This document shows positions 33,452 to 43,824 of a DNA stretch of 64,000 nt, in pieces (position 1 is the stretch's first letter; each line of letters begins with the position of its first letter). Source of the DNA: Thermoanaerobaculia bacterium. Its GTDB lineage: Bacteria; Acidobacteriota; Thermoanaerobaculia; Multivoradales; Multivoraceae. Position numbers and translations under genes: made by a program. The notes below the pieces were generated by a model, which was not told where the DNA came from, did not search any database, and saw only the letters and a list, made by a program, of their open reading frames with translations. The stretch is from assembly GCA_963664405.1 (NCBI GenBank), contig OY761158.1:6432001-6496000 (forward strand), in the 5' to 3' direction.

Positions 33452-34734
33452 CGATCTCCACCGCGCCCCGGAGAGTGCCTTTTTCGCGCCGCGCCGCGGA
33501 CCTCGAAAGTGCTCCGATAAGCTGGCTTATGGCGCAAGCCTTGGAAGTGCCGGGTCTGCTCTCCCTTGCCGCAGGTTTCGTCGATCAAGAGACACTACCG
33601 GCCGCGGAGATGGTGGAGATCGCCGCCGCCGTACTCGGCGACGAGAAGAGCGGTCGCGACGCGCTGCAGTACGGAACGACGGCCGGCGATCCCGAGCTGC
33701 GCCGAGTATTGCTCGATCGATTGGCGTCTGATCGATCGCCGATCTGGAGTCAGGTCGGTATCGAAGACGTCGTCTTGACCAGCGGCTCTCAGCAGCTTCT
33801 TTACTTATTGGCCGAAGTGCTGCTCGAGGACGGCGACATCGTGCTGGTGGAGGACCCTTCGTACTTCGTGTTCATGGCGGCGCTCGAGAGCCTTTCGACC
33901 CGGCTGGTCGGAGTCGAGTGCGACGCCGATGGAGTGCGTCCTGAGGCACTCGACCGCTGCCTCGAAGAGCTGCATCGCCGGGGTGACCTCGGGCGGGTCA
34001 AATTGGTCTACCTCATGACCTACTTCCAGAACCCGACCGGCGCCAGTTTGAGTGCCGAGCGGGGCCCTCGAGTGCTCCAGGTGATGCGAGACTGGCAGGA
34101 GCGGGGCCTCGAAGCACTGGTGCTCGAAGATGCCGCCTACCGAGACTTGTGCTTCCCGGGCGAAGCCGAGGTGCCGCCACTTTTCGAGGGGCAGGATGCG
34201 AACGAGACCGTCTGCTATGCGGGGTCGTTTTCGAAGTCGCTCGCTCCGGGGTTGCGTCTGGGCTATGGAATTGTGCCTACGGAGCTAGCCGAAACGCTGG
34301 TGAGGCTGAAGAGTCACCATGACTTCGGTACCGGAAACTTGAGTCAGCAGCTGGTGCTGAAGGCGTTGCAGACGGGCATGATCGACAGCCATGTCGAGAA
34401 GATGCGTCGTCGTTATCTGGGCAAATGCGAGCTCCTATTCGAGGTGTTGAGAGCGGAGCTCGGTGATGCGATCGAGCTCGAGATGCCACGAGGAGGCCTC
34501 TACCTGTGGGGGCGCCTTCCAGAGGGGCTGGACACAGGTCTCCAGAGCCGTGTTTTCGCGCGCGCGCTCGAAGAGAAGGTGCTCTATGTGCCCGGCGAGA
34601 TCTGCTGCGTGAACGAAGCCTCGCCTGACGACCCGACTTGTCGCTCCATGCGACTCTGCTACGGCTATCCCCCAGACGAGGAGCTGGCGGAGGCCGGCCG
34701 CCGGCTTGCTCGCGCGATCGCCTCCGTCGTCTGA
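33448..34734 (+). CDS. PLP-dependent class I/II aminotransferase (LysN-like)
   Basis: LQYG, TSGSQQ, FQNPTG, EDAAY, GSFSKSLAPGLRLG. Confidence 0.9.
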   Translation: MTISTAPRRVPFSRRAADLESAPISWLMAQALEVPGLLSLAAGFVDQETLPAAEMVEIAAAVLGDEKSGRDALQYGTTAGDPELRRVLLDRLASDRSPIWSQVGIEDVVLTSGSQQLLYLLAEVLLEDGDIVLVEDPSYFVFMAALESLSTRLVGVECDADGVRPEALDRCLEELHRRGDLGRVKLVYLMTYFQNPTGASLSAERGPRVLQVMRDWQERGLEALVLEDAAYRDLCFPGEAEVPPLFEGQDANETVCYAGSFSKSLAPGLRLGYGIVPTELAETLVRLKSHHDFGTGNLSQQLVLKALQTGMIDSHVEKMRRRYLGKCELLFEVLRAELGDAIELEMPRGGLYLWGRLPEGLDTGLQSRVFARALEEKVLYVPGEICCVNEASPDDPTCRSMRLCYGYPPDEELAEAGRRLARAIASVV

Positions 34735-34814
34735 TAACTTCCGCCTCGGCGTGGATAGAGCCGGCGCCTTAGACGCCTGGCAAGCAGGCATTGCCACGCG
34801 ATGAGGAGAGGATC

Positions 34815-35687
34815 ATGAAAGAGAAGGTTGCGTTCGTAGGGCTGGGGGTCATGGGATACCCGATGGCGGGGCACCTGATGGGCGCCGGCTATGAAGTAAC
34901 GGTGTTCAATCGAACCGGCTCGAGGGCGGAAGCGTGGGTCGCGGACCACGGTGGAAATTCCGCTCCCACACCGGCCGAAGCGAGCGAAGGTGCCCAGATC
35001 GTCTTTGTCTGCGTGGGAAATGATGACGATGTGCGGCAGGTGACCCTCGGCGAAGGGGGCGCTCTCTCGGCGATTGCGAGCGGCTCCCTTTTGGTCGACC
35101 ACACGACGGCTTCTGCGGCGATTGCGCGGGAGCTCCACGCAGCGGCCAAGAGTCGAGGCTGTGGCTTTCTCGATGCACCGATCTCCGGCGGCCAGGCGGG
35201 CGCCGAGAACGGTGTGTTGACCGTCATGGTGGGCGGGGATCAGGCTGACTTCGACCGCGCGGCCGCGGCCATCGACTGCTATGCGAAGAGAGTTGCGCTG
35301 CTCGGTGGCCCTGGCTCCGGGCAGCTGACCAAGATGGTCAATCAGATTTGTATCGCAGGGTTGGTCGAAGGCCTGGCCGAGGGGCTGCACTTCGCCCAGG
35401 CGGCCGGGCTCGATCCCCTGGCAGTCGTCGACACCATCTCCAAAGGTGCGGCCCAGTCCTGGCAGATGGAGAACCGCCACAAGACCATGGTGGAGGACCA
35501 CTATGAGCACGGATTCGCAGTGGAGTGGATGCGGAAGGATCTGGGGATGGCGCTCGAGGAGGCGAGGCGCAACAAAGTTTCTCTTCCGGTAACCGCCCTG
35601 GTCGATCAGCTGTACTCCGAGGTGGAGAGTCTGGGCGGCCGGCGTTGGGACACCTCTAGCTTGCTTCGTCGTTTGCAGAAGGGCTGA
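34815..35687 (+). CDS. 3-hydroxyisobutyrate dehydrogenase-family NAD(P)-dependent oxidoreductase
   Basis: FVGLGVMGYPMA, DAPISGG, KMVNQ, KDL. Confidence 0.92.
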   Translation: MKEKVAFVGLGVMGYPMAGHLMGAGYEVTVFNRTGSRAEAWVADHGGNSAPTPAEASEGAQIVFVCVGNDDDVRQVTLGEGGALSAIASGSLLVDHTTASAAIARELHAAAKSRGCGFLDAPISGGQAGAENGVLTVMVGGDQADFDRAAAAIDCYAKRVALLGGPGSGQLTKMVNQICIAGLVEGLAEGLHFAQAAGLDPLAVVDTISKGAAQSWQMENRHKTMVEDHYEHGFAVEWMRKDLGMALEEARRNKVSLPVTALVDQLYSEVESLGGRRWDTSSLLRRLQKG

Positions 35688-35705
35688 GGTCCGAGGAAGG
35701 TCGCG

Positions 35706-36971
35706 GTGCGGGTCTATTTCAGCAACCTCGGTTGCAAGCTGAATCAGGCGGAGGTGGACGCCCTGGCTCGGCGCTTTTCTGCGCGTGGGCATGATGTGGT
35801 GGGACGTCTGGAAGAGGCCGATCTCCATGTCGTCAACTCCTGTACGGTGACCCATCTCGCAGCGCGGGACTCCCGGAAGGTGGCGCGGCGGGGAGCGCGG
35901 GTGCGGCCAGGGTTGAGAACGGTACTGACGGGCTGTTTCGCAACCCACGAGTCGGCGGTCGCGCAGGCTCTCGAGGGCGTCGACCTAGTGGTGCCGAACA
36001 CCGATAAGGATCGACTAGTGGAGCTGGTTCGAGAAGCCTTTCCGGAGTGGCGAGATGGAGTCGAAGAGGCGAGTGGGGTTCCAGTCTCCTACGTGCCGCT
36101 CGCCTTCGGCCCAACCCGAGGGCTGGTGAAGATCGAAGACGGCTGCAATATGCACTGCGCGTTCTGCATCATCCCCACCACGCGTGGCCGCCAGCGCAGC
36201 CGACCTCGCAGCGAGGTGGTCGAGGAAGTCCGGGCGATGGAGGCTACCGGCTATCGAGAGATCGTTGTTACCGGAGTGCAGATCTCGTCCTATCGAGACG
36301 GTAGCGCGGGGCTCTGCGAGTTGGTCGAGAGTCTTCTCGAGGCCACTTCGAGCTGCCGTTTTCGCCTCACGTCGATTGCACCTTGGCAGTTCGATCCGGC
36401 GCTGCTCCCCCTACTTTCGGAGCCGCGAATCTGTCGCCATGTTCATCTTTCGCTGCAGAGCGGTAGTGACACGGTTCTGCGACGAATGCATCGCCCGTAC
36501 ACAGCCGAAGGCTTTGCAGATCTCGTCGGCCGTTTGCGCGAAGCGGTCCCCGGCGTTGCGGTGACGTCGGACGTCATCGTGGGCTTTCCGGGCGAGAGCG
36601 AAGACGAGTTCGAGGACAGCCTGGAGTTCGTCGATGGGCTTGGGCTGGCGCGTACCCATGCCTTCACCTTTTCGACGCGGCCCGGGACCGAGGCAGCTGA
36701 GCTGCCCGATCAGGTTCCGGTGCCCGAAAAGAAGGCTCGGATGGCGCGCCTTCTCGGAGTCGCCGCCGCGGGCGAGTCCCACTTTCGCAACCGCAACCTG
36801 GGCGGCGAAGTCTCTGTTCTGTGGGAGGACCAACGCGAAGGCCGATGGTCGGGGATGACCGACAACTATCTGCGGGTCTTTGCCGACAGCGAGGAAGACC
36901 TCGGCGGCACGCTTGCTCCGGCGACCCTGGTGGCTACGACTGCCGGCGGAGTTCTCGGGTCGCTCACATAG
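35706..36971 (+). CDS. mtaB: tRNA t6A37 methylthiotransferase MtaB
   Basis: LGCKLNQAE, NSCTVT, radical SAM CxxxCxxC (CNMHCAFC) followed by IIPTTRG. Confidence 0.88.
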   Translation: MRVYFSNLGCKLNQAEVDALARRFSARGHDVVGRLEEADLHVVNSCTVTHLAARDSRKVARRGARVRPGLRTVLTGCFATHESAVAQALEGVDLVVPNTDKDRLVELVREAFPEWRDGVEEASGVPVSYVPLAFGPTRGLVKIEDGCNMHCAFCIIPTTRGRQRSRPRSEVVEEVRAMEATGYREIVVTGVQISSYRDGSAGLCELVESLLEATSSCRFRLTSIAPWQFDPALLPLLSEPRICRHVHLSLQSGSDTVLRRMHRPYTAEGFADLVGRLREAVPGVAVTSDVIVGFPGESEDEFEDSLEFVDGLGLARTHAFTFSTRPGTEAAELPDQVPVPEKKARMARLLGVAAAGESHFRNRNLGGEVSVLWEDQREGRWSGMTDNYLRVFADSEEDLGGTLAPATLVATTAGGVLGSLT

Positions 36972-37773
36972 CCGTTGTCGAGAAGCCGGCGTCGACGTAG
37001 TGGATCTCCCCCGTAACGCCGCTGGAGAGATCTGAGAGCAGATATACCGCGGCTCTGCCAACGTCGTCGATATCGACGTTGCGCCGCAGCGGAGCCCGCT
37101 CGGCCGCCTGAGCCATCATCCCGCGAAGACCCGAGACTCCGGAGGCGGCGAGGGTCTTTATCGCTCCAGCAGAGATCGCGTTGACGCGGATCTCCTGCTC
37201 GCCGAGGTCGAGGGCGAGGTAGCGCACAGAGGCTTCGAGAGCCGCTTTGGCAATTCCCATCACGTTGTAGTTGGGAAGAGACTTGACAGAGCCGTAGTAG
37301 GTGAGCGCGAGGACGCTGCCGCCGTCACTCATCAATTTCTCCGCGCGGCGAGTGAGGGCGAGAAGAGAGTAGGCGCTGATCTCCATCGACTTGAGGAAGC
37401 CCTCTCGGGAAGTATCCACCGTGCGTCCGGCCAGGTCGTCGCGCTCGGCCCAGGCGACAGAATGGACGAGGAAGTCGAGCTTTCCCCAGGACGAGTGCAG
37501 CGCCGCAAAGGTGTCGTCGAGCTCTTGCGGGCGTGTGACGTCGAGGGGCACAACGAGCTCGGAGCCGATTTCAGCGGCCAGAGGGCGGACCCGGCGCTCC
37601 AAAGCCTCGCCCTGGAAGGTGAAGGCGAGCTCCGCCCCCTGGAGATGGGCCTGGCGGGCGATGCCCCAAGCGATGGAGCGGTGATTGGCCACCCCAACTA
37701 TCAGTCCCTTCTTTCCCGCCAAGAGGCCGGTTGCGGCTCCCTGAGCCTCCGTTGAAGCTTCGCTCGAGGTCAT
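36964..37773 (-). CDS. fabI: Enoyl-ACP reductase FabI
   Basis: GVANHRSIAWGIA, YNVMGIAKAALE, GAIKTLA. Confidence 0.95.
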   Translation of the reverse strand: MTSSEASTEAQGAATGLLAGKKGLIVGVANHRSIAWGIARQAHLQGAELAFTFQGEALERRVRPLAAEIGSELVVPLDVTRPQELDDTFAALHSSWGKLDFLVHSVAWAERDDLAGRTVDTSREGFLKSMEISAYSLLALTRRAEKLMSDGGSVLALTYYGSVKSLPNYNVMGIAKAALEASVRYLALDLGEQEIRVNAISAGAIKTLAASGVSGLRGMMAQAAERAPLRRNVDIDDVGRAAVYLLSDLSSGVTGEIHYVDAGFSTTAM

Positions 37774-37792
37774 CGTACCTACTTTCCGAGAG

Positions 37793-39556
37793 TTAGAGCC
37801 CAGTAGCCCGAACCACTTCTTCGAAGGTCGTGGTGCCGTCTGCGAGGCGTTGCAAGGCGGACTGGCGCAGAGTTCGCATCCCGTTCTTGACCACTTCACG
37901 CTTGATGCGTCTAGCGTCGGTGCCTTCTTGGATCAGGTGCTTGACGGCATCGTCGACCGCCATGATCTCGAAGATGCCGACCCGGCCGAGATACCCCGTT
38001 CCACGGCAGTCGTGGCAGCCTTCGCCTTCGAAGACCTGCACTTTCTTGCCAGGAGGGACTGCCAGATGAAGGGACTGCACTTCCTCGGGAGACAAGAAGC
38101 GCTCGGTCTTGCAGCGCTCGCAAATCTTTCTTGCCAGTCTCTGTGCCATGGCCCCGATCAAGGTGGAGCTGATCAAAAAGGGCTCGACGCCGAGATCAAT
38201 TAGCCGAGAGATCGAGGATGCGGCGTCGTTGGTGTGAAGAGTCGAGAAGACGAGATGGCCGGTGAGAGCGGCTTGAGTCGCATACTGGGCGGTCTCGGCG
38301 TCACGAATCTCACCAATCATGATCACGTCGGGGTCCTGGCGAAGAACGTGACGAAGAGCCTCGGCAAAGCTCACTCCGACTTTGGTTTGAACCGAGGTCT
38401 GATTGAAGTCCTCGCAGACCATTTCCACCGGGTCCTCGATCGTGGTGACGTTGATCTCGCGGGTGGTGATGGTTCGCAGCGCGGAGTAAAGCGTTGTCGT
38501 CTTCCCCGAGCCAGTAGGGCCTGTGATCAGAATGATGCCGTGGGGGCGCCTGATGAAGTCGTTGAAGACGGCCATCTCTTCCGGATAGAAGCCCAGCGCC
38601 GGCAACTCCATCTGAAAAGTGTCGGGGTCGAAGATTCTCATTACCAGCTTTTCGCCAAAGGCGACCGGGAGGGTCGAGACTCTCAGCTCGATTTCTTGTT
38701 CGCGGCGCTGAGTCTTCACTCGCCCGTCTTGAGGTCGACGCTTCTCCGCGATGTCGAGGCGCGAAAGGGTTTTGATCCGGCTGACGATGGCGCGGTGGAC
38801 GAGACGGGGAATGGTTTGGACGTCGTGGAGGACGCCGTCGATCCTGAAGCGCACGAGCGAGACTTCGCGTTTGGGCTCGACATGAATGTCACTGGCCCTG
38901 GTGTCGAAGGCGTGCTGGAGCATGAATTCGACGGCGTTGATGATGTGCGCGTCACTCGACTCGATCTCCGCCTCGCTCTTCATGCGCACGAGCTGCTCGA
39001 GATTACCGAGGTCGATCTCTCCGGTAAGATCTGCCGCTGCCTGCTTGACGGAGTGGCGTAGACCGTAGAACTCGGTGAGAGCGCGGAGGATGTCGGGCTC
39101 CGAGGCCACCACGATGTCGATGTCTCGACCCGAGATGCGCCGAAAATTGTCCAGGCCTTCGATGTCGTAGGGGTTGGCGCACGCGAGCTTCAGCTTGCCG
39201 TCGATCATGCTCAGCGGCACCATGCGATGGCGGCGAGCGAAGGGGCGTGAGACTTCCGACTCCATGAGGTCGGCACTGAGGGCCAGGGGGTCGAGATGGA
39301 CATGCTCCAGGCCGGCGTCTCTGGCGAGAGTTTCGGCTACGAGGTTCTCGTCGACAGTAGCGCCCGGGTGCTTCTCGCTGCTGAGGTTGAGCCGTGAGAC
39401 CAGCTCGTAGGCGGGCGAGTGCTGCTCATAAGCCCTCGCTTGAACCCCGGAAGGGAGAAGGCGGGCTTCCTCGCGAAGGAGGCTGGCTTGAGCGCCTGTG
39501 ATCTCTCCCTGGCGCTCGAGCACAGAAGCCACGAGATCTGGAGTCAAGCTGGGCAT
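37793..39556 (-). CDS. GspE/PilB family secretion ATPase
   Basis: ASDIHVEP, AEKRRPQDG, GPTGSGKTT, LRQDPD, tetracysteine motif. Confidence 0.93.
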   Translation of the reverse strand: MPSLTPDLVASVLERQGEITGAQASLLREEARLLPSGVQARAYEQHSPAYELVSRLNLSSEKHPGATVDENLVAETLARDAGLEHVHLDPLALSADLMESEVSRPFARRHRMVPLSMIDGKLKLACANPYDIEGLDNFRRISGRDIDIVVASEPDILRALTEFYGLRHSVKQAAADLTGEIDLGNLEQLVRMKSEAEIESSDAHIINAVEFMLQHAFDTRASDIHVEPKREVSLVRFRIDGVLHDVQTIPRLVHRAIVSRIKTLSRLDIAEKRRPQDGRVKTQRREQEIELRVSTLPVAFGEKLVMRIFDPDTFQMELPALGFYPEEMAVFNDFIRRPHGIILITGPTGSGKTTTLYSALRTITTREINVTTIEDPVEMVCEDFNQTSVQTKVGVSFAEALRHVLRQDPDVIMIGEIRDAETAQYATQAALTGHLVFSTLHTNDAASSISRLIDLGVEPFLISSTLIGAMAQRLARKICERCKTERFLSPEEVQSLHLAVPPGKKVQVFEGEGCHDCRGTGYLGRVGIFEIMAVDDAVKHLIQEGTDARRIKREVVKNGMRTLRQSALQRLADGTTTFEEVVRATGL

Positions 39557-39737
39557 GGTTCTGGGCGCATAACGCTATGCATTCGTGGGCCGAAACAGCA
39601 TTTTAGCTTATATCGATCAGTTCATTCAGCTCGATAGCCCGGCATTGGGACGAAGAGGGGGAGTGTTATCATGAAGATCGACCGCCGCCGCCGGGCTTTA
39701 GGCGCCTTCCCCAAGTTCGATCCCATAGGGAAAAGAC

Positions 39738-40883
39738 ATGTTGCATTCGGTTCGAGCCGGCTACTGCCATTCCCTGATCGCTATTCTCGCGCTCCTCGGC
39801 GCCGCCGTCGTCGTGGCTGAGGCGCCAGAGCGTCAGATGAGCGAGCTGGTGCTGCCGGAGGGGTTTTCGATCAGCGTCTATGCCGAGGGTGTCGACAACG
39901 CTCGTTCGATGGCCCAAGGCCCAGAGGGGGTCGTGTTCGTCGGCACTGACGCTATGACGTCAAGCGCGAGGCGCGCCGGCAAGGTCTATGCGGTCGTCGA
40001 CAGTGACGGTGACGCCAAGGTAGATCAGGTCCTTACCGTCGCCGAGGGTCTGAGGATGCCCAGCGGTGTGGCGTGGCGGGAGGGCTCTCTCTATGTTGCC
40101 GCGATCAGCCGTATTCTTCGCTACGACGATCTCGCATCGCGGCTCGAGAACCCCCCGGAGCCAGTGGTGCTGAGTGCCACCTTTCCGAGCGCTGGACATC
40201 ACGGTTGGAAGTTCATTCGATTCGGTCCCGACGGCAAGCTCTACGTGCCGGTCGGCGCGCCCTGCAACATCTGCGAGGTCGAGGATCCTTACGCCGCGAT
40301 TCTCCGTCTCGAGCCGGATGGGACGGGTCTGGAGGTGTTTGCTCGCGGGATCCGCAACACGGTGGGCTTCGATTGGCATCCCGAGACGGGAGCGCTGTGG
40401 TTTACTGAGAATGGGCGAGACATGATGGGCGATGACGTTCCGCCCGACGAGCTCAACCGCGCGGCCGAGTCTGGTATGCACTTCGGCTATCCCTTTTGTC
40501 ATGGCGACGGTGTTCCCGATCCCAAGTTCGGCAGTGAGGAAGGGTGTCGCGAACAGACGCCACCGGCTCTAAAACTAGACCCGCATGTCGGCGCGGTCGG
40601 GATGCGATTCCTCAGCGGCGATCGGTGGCCGGAGGAATACCGTGGCCAGATCATCCTTGCGGAGCATGGCTCCTGGAATCGCTCTGAGAAGAGCGGGTAC
40701 CGGTTGATGCATGTGCGCGTGGAAGGTACGGAAGCCACGAGTTACGAGGCCTTCGTTGAAGGTTGGCTGCAAGGTGGAAAGGCCTGGGGCCGGCCTGTGG
40801 ACGTGCTAGAGCTCGAGGATGGCTCCCTGCTTGTCTCGGACGACATGCAGGGAGTGCTGTACAGAATTCGCTACGAGGGATGA
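39738..40883 (+). CDS. PQQ-dependent sugar/sorbosone dehydrogenase family protein
   Basis: Signal peptide, HHGWK, GAPCN, GIRNTVG, HGSWNR, GRPVD. Confidence 0.9.
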   Translation: MLHSVRAGYCHSLIAILALLGAAVVVAEAPERQMSELVLPEGFSISVYAEGVDNARSMAQGPEGVVFVGTDAMTSSARRAGKVYAVVDSDGDAKVDQVLTVAEGLRMPSGVAWREGSLYVAAISRILRYDDLASRLENPPEPVVLSATFPSAGHHGWKFIRFGPDGKLYVPVGAPCNICEVEDPYAAILRLEPDGTGLEVFARGIRNTVGFDWHPETGALWFTENGRDMMGDDVPPDELNRAAESGMHFGYPFCHGDGVPDPKFGSEEGCREQTPPALKLDPHVGAVGMRFLSGDRWPEEYRGQIILAEHGSWNRSEKSGYRLMHVRVEGTEATSYEAFVEGWLQGGKAWGRPVDVLELEDGSLLVSDDMQGVLYRIRYEG

Positions 40884-40899
40884 CGGAGATGGGCTGCCG

Positions 40900-42054
40900 A
40901 TGAGCTCGCGAGCTTCTCATCTGAGTCGGGTACGGCGCCTGGTCGTCAAGGTCGGTTCTCGTGTCATCGCTCCTGGCGGTGTTCTCGATGACCAGGCTCT
41001 GGACGGTTTATGTGATCAGTTACTCGCCGTACGCAGGCGCGGGATCGATGTAGTTCTGGTGAGCTCGGGCGCGGTGGCGGCGGGTCGAGAGCAGCTCGGG
41101 CTAAAGGAGCGACCCCGCACCATTCCTCTCAAGCAAGCGGCCGCGGCCGCTGGTCAGATCGCCCTGCTGCGCTCTTACGCCGGGCGCCTCGTGCCGGCGG
41201 GGCAGCAGGTGGCGCAGCTTCTGCTCACGGCGGACGACGTTTCGGATCGACGTCGGTTCACTAATGCGCGCAATACCGTATCGACCCTTCTCGGAATGGG
41301 TGTGGTGCCGATCGTGAACGAGAACGATACGGTGGCGGTGGAAGAGATCAAGCTCGGCGACAACGATCGCCTGTCGGCGTTGGTGACCAACTTGGTCGAA
41401 GCGCAGCTGCTGGTCTTGCTGACGGATGTCGACGGTTTCTATAACGCGGACCCTCGCAGGGTTCCGGGGGCGAAGCGTTACGGATTCATCGCCGAACTGA
41501 CTCGCGAGCATGTGCAAGAGGCTGGGCCGACGACGAGCGAAGTCGGTCTTGGTGGCATGGTGACCAAGCTCGAGGCGGCACGGCAGGCGACACTGTCGGG
41601 CTCTTCTACGGTAATTGCCTCGGGCGGGGAAGAGCGGGTGCTCGAGCGCATTCTCGACGGTGAGGAGATCGGCACCTGGATCGCGTCGCGTCGTGCCATT
41701 GGCGCTCGCAAGCATTGGATCGCATACTCGAGCGAGCTTGCAGGGGCGGTCGTGGTCGACGATGGGGCTCTAGGGGCCCTTCGAGATCGCGGCAAGAGTC
41801 TGTTGCCGTCGGGCATCGTCGACGTTCGTGGCGAGTTCGACCGTGGAGCGACGATACGGGTCCTCGCCCTGGACGGTAGCGAGATCGGTCGTGGGCAGGC
41901 GGCTTATTCCGCGGCGGACCTTCAGCGCCTCGCGGGGTGTCAAAGCTCCGAGATCGAGGCAGTGCTCGGTTATAAGTACTTCGACGAGGCGGTGCGGCGG
42001 GACGACTTCGTGCTCACCACTGATCACAATCTGATGGAGGTTGGGGAGCGATGA
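40900..42054 (+). CDS. proB: Glutamate 5-kinase
   Basis: VVKVGS, VSSGAVAAG, NEND, GDNDRLS, GGMVTK, PUA domain. Confidence 0.96.
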   Translation: MSSRASHLSRVRRLVVKVGSRVIAPGGVLDDQALDGLCDQLLAVRRRGIDVVLVSSGAVAAGREQLGLKERPRTIPLKQAAAAAGQIALLRSYAGRLVPAGQQVAQLLLTADDVSDRRRFTNARNTVSTLLGMGVVPIVNENDTVAVEEIKLGDNDRLSALVTNLVEAQLLVLLTDVDGFYNADPRRVPGAKRYGFIAELTREHVQEAGPTTSEVGLGGMVTKLEAARQATLSGSSTVIASGGEERVLERILDGEEIGTWIASRRAIGARKHWIAYSSELAGAVVVDDGALGALRDRGKSLLPSGIVDVRGEFDRGATIRVLALDGSEIGRGQAAYSAADLQRLAGCQSSEIEAVLGYKYFDEAVRRDDFVLTTDHNLMEVGER

Positions 42055-43343
42055 CGGCGCCGGCAACAACCGAGAGCTCGACCGATCTAGCCCTCTCTCT
42101 GAGCCGAATAGCCGAGGCTGCTCGGCGTGCGAGCCGAAGCCTCGCGGCGGCCCCCTGCAATCAAAAGGACCAAGCCCTGCGGCGGATGGCGGAGGCCTTG
42201 AGGGATAGTCGTAGCGCCCTTCAGGAGGAGAATGCAAAAGATCTCGAATCCGCCCGGGAGGGGGGACTCGTCGGTGCAATGCTCGAGCGACTAGCACTCT
42301 CGGACAAGGTTCTCGATCGCATGGCGGAGGGTCTCGAAGAGGTGGCGGATATGCCGGACCCGGTGGGCTCCATCTCCGAGCTGCGGGCACGCCCGAATGG
42401 GATGAAGGTGGGGAAGATGCGCATTCCCCTGGGAGTCGTGGGCTTTATTTACGAATCGCGGCCCAATGTGACTGCGGATGCGGCAGGTCTCTGTCTCAAG
42501 TCCGGCAACGCGGTGATCTTGCGAGGCGGCTCAGAGGCCATTTGTTCGAATCGCGCCATCGCGGAACAGCTGGTCGCCGGCATTGCTTCGGCGGGGATCG
42601 ATGCGGACGCAGTTCAGCTGGTGAAGACCGTGGACCGTGGTGCGGTGCACGCCATGCTGCAACTCGACGATCTCATCGATCTGGTGATTCCGAGAGGGGG
42701 CGAAGGCCTCATTCGTTTTGTTGTAGAGAACACGCGGATACCTGTAATCAAGCACTACAAGGGCGTATGTCACACCTATGTGGACCGAGACGCCGAGCCC
42801 CAGATGGCAACCGAACTGGTGGTGAATGGCAAAGTGCAGCGAGTCTCAGTGTGCAACTCGACAGAGACGCTCCTCATTCACTCGGAGTGCGCGCCCTCTC
42901 TATTGCCCGAGATCGGGGCAGCTCTGGTCGAGGAGGGAGTAGAGATCCGTGCCTGCGAGGAGAGCTCGGTCCTTCTTGGCGGAGTGTCGCACGTAGCCGC
43001 CAGCGAGGGCGACTTCGGCACTGAGTTTCTCGACAAGATCCTGGCGGTGCGGGTGGTGAAGTCACTGACTGCGGCAGTCGCACACATCCAAGCTCACGGT
43101 ACTGACCACACTGAGACCATCGTTACCGAAAGTTATCCACGCGCGATGCGTTTTTTGCGTGAGGTGAACTCGTCGACCGTACTGGTCAACGCCTCGACGA
43201 GGTTCTCCGACGGTTACGAGCTCGGTCTCGGCGCCGAGATCGGCGTCAGCACGACCAAGATCCACGCTTTCGGTCCGATGGGAGTCGAGGGCCTCACCAC
43301 CGAGAAGTTCATCGTTCTCGGTGAAGGCCAGCTCCGGCACTGA
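42051..43343 (+). CDS. proA: Gamma-glutamyl phosphate reductase
   Basis: YESRPNVT, IPRGG, VCNSTETLL, NASTRFSDG, GAEIG. Confidence 0.96.
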   Translation: MTAPATTESSTDLALSLSRIAEAARRASRSLAAAPCNQKDQALRRMAEALRDSRSALQEENAKDLESAREGGLVGAMLERLALSDKVLDRMAEGLEEVADMPDPVGSISELRARPNGMKVGKMRIPLGVVGFIYESRPNVTADAAGLCLKSGNAVILRGGSEAICSNRAIAEQLVAGIASAGIDADAVQLVKTVDRGAVHAMLQLDDLIDLVIPRGGEGLIRFVVENTRIPVIKHYKGVCHTYVDRDAEPQMATELVVNGKVQRVSVCNSTETLLIHSECAPSLLPEIGAALVEEGVEIRACEESSVLLGGVSHVAASEGDFGTEFLDKILAVRVVKSLTAAVAHIQAHGTDHTETIVTESYPRAMRFLREVNSSTVLVNASTRFSDGYELGLGAEIGVSTTKIHAFGPMGVEGLTTEKFIVLGEGQLRH

Positions 43344-43392
43344 CCCTGAAGACCCCGAGGCAGGGAGGAAGGCTCGGACCGTCAGGTTGAAG

Positions 43393-43824
43393 CTAGCGAG
43401 GAGGGCGACCCAGCACTTTCTGGGCCGAGAGGCGGAGGAATGGACCGCGGAGGAAGTCGGGCATGCGACAGTGGCGGCGGGTTTTGCGATCGACCCAGAT
43501 GTGGCGAGAATTGCCGGTGACGAGAAGGTCGTCGCCACGCTTGACCTCGTAGCCGAATTGCACGGCGCGAGAGGCAGCCCAGTCAACCCAGGAGCGGACA
43601 GTCACGCAGTCTCCGTAGCGAGCGCCGTCGCGGTAGGTCAGCTCGAGACCCGATACGACCAGGAAGAAGCCCGCTTCCTCGATCAGAGCGTAGGGCTGTC
43701 CACCTTCTGCGCACAGGCGAGTCCTCGCAAGCTCGAACCAGATCGGATAGACGGCGTGGTGGACGCCCATCTGATCGGTCTCGGCATAACGGACCTCGAC
43801 CTCGATGTCGACGCTCGGCTTCAA
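43393..43824 (-). CDS. Acyl-CoA thioesterase (YbgC/4HBT family)
   Basis: VRYAETDQMG-HH...WFELAR hot-dog motif. Confidence 0.88.
   Translation of the reverse strand: MKPSVDIEVEVRYAETDQMGVHHAVYPIWFELARTRLCAEGGQPYALIEEAGFFLVVSGLELTYRDGARYGDCVTVRSWVDWAASRAVQFGYEVKRGDDLLVTGNSRHIWVDRKTRRHCRMPDFLRGPFLRLSAQKVLGRPPR

Noticed and set aside
36964-36971. Convergent 8-bp overlap of mtaB and fabI
   Set aside because: Common in compact genomes; no special signal
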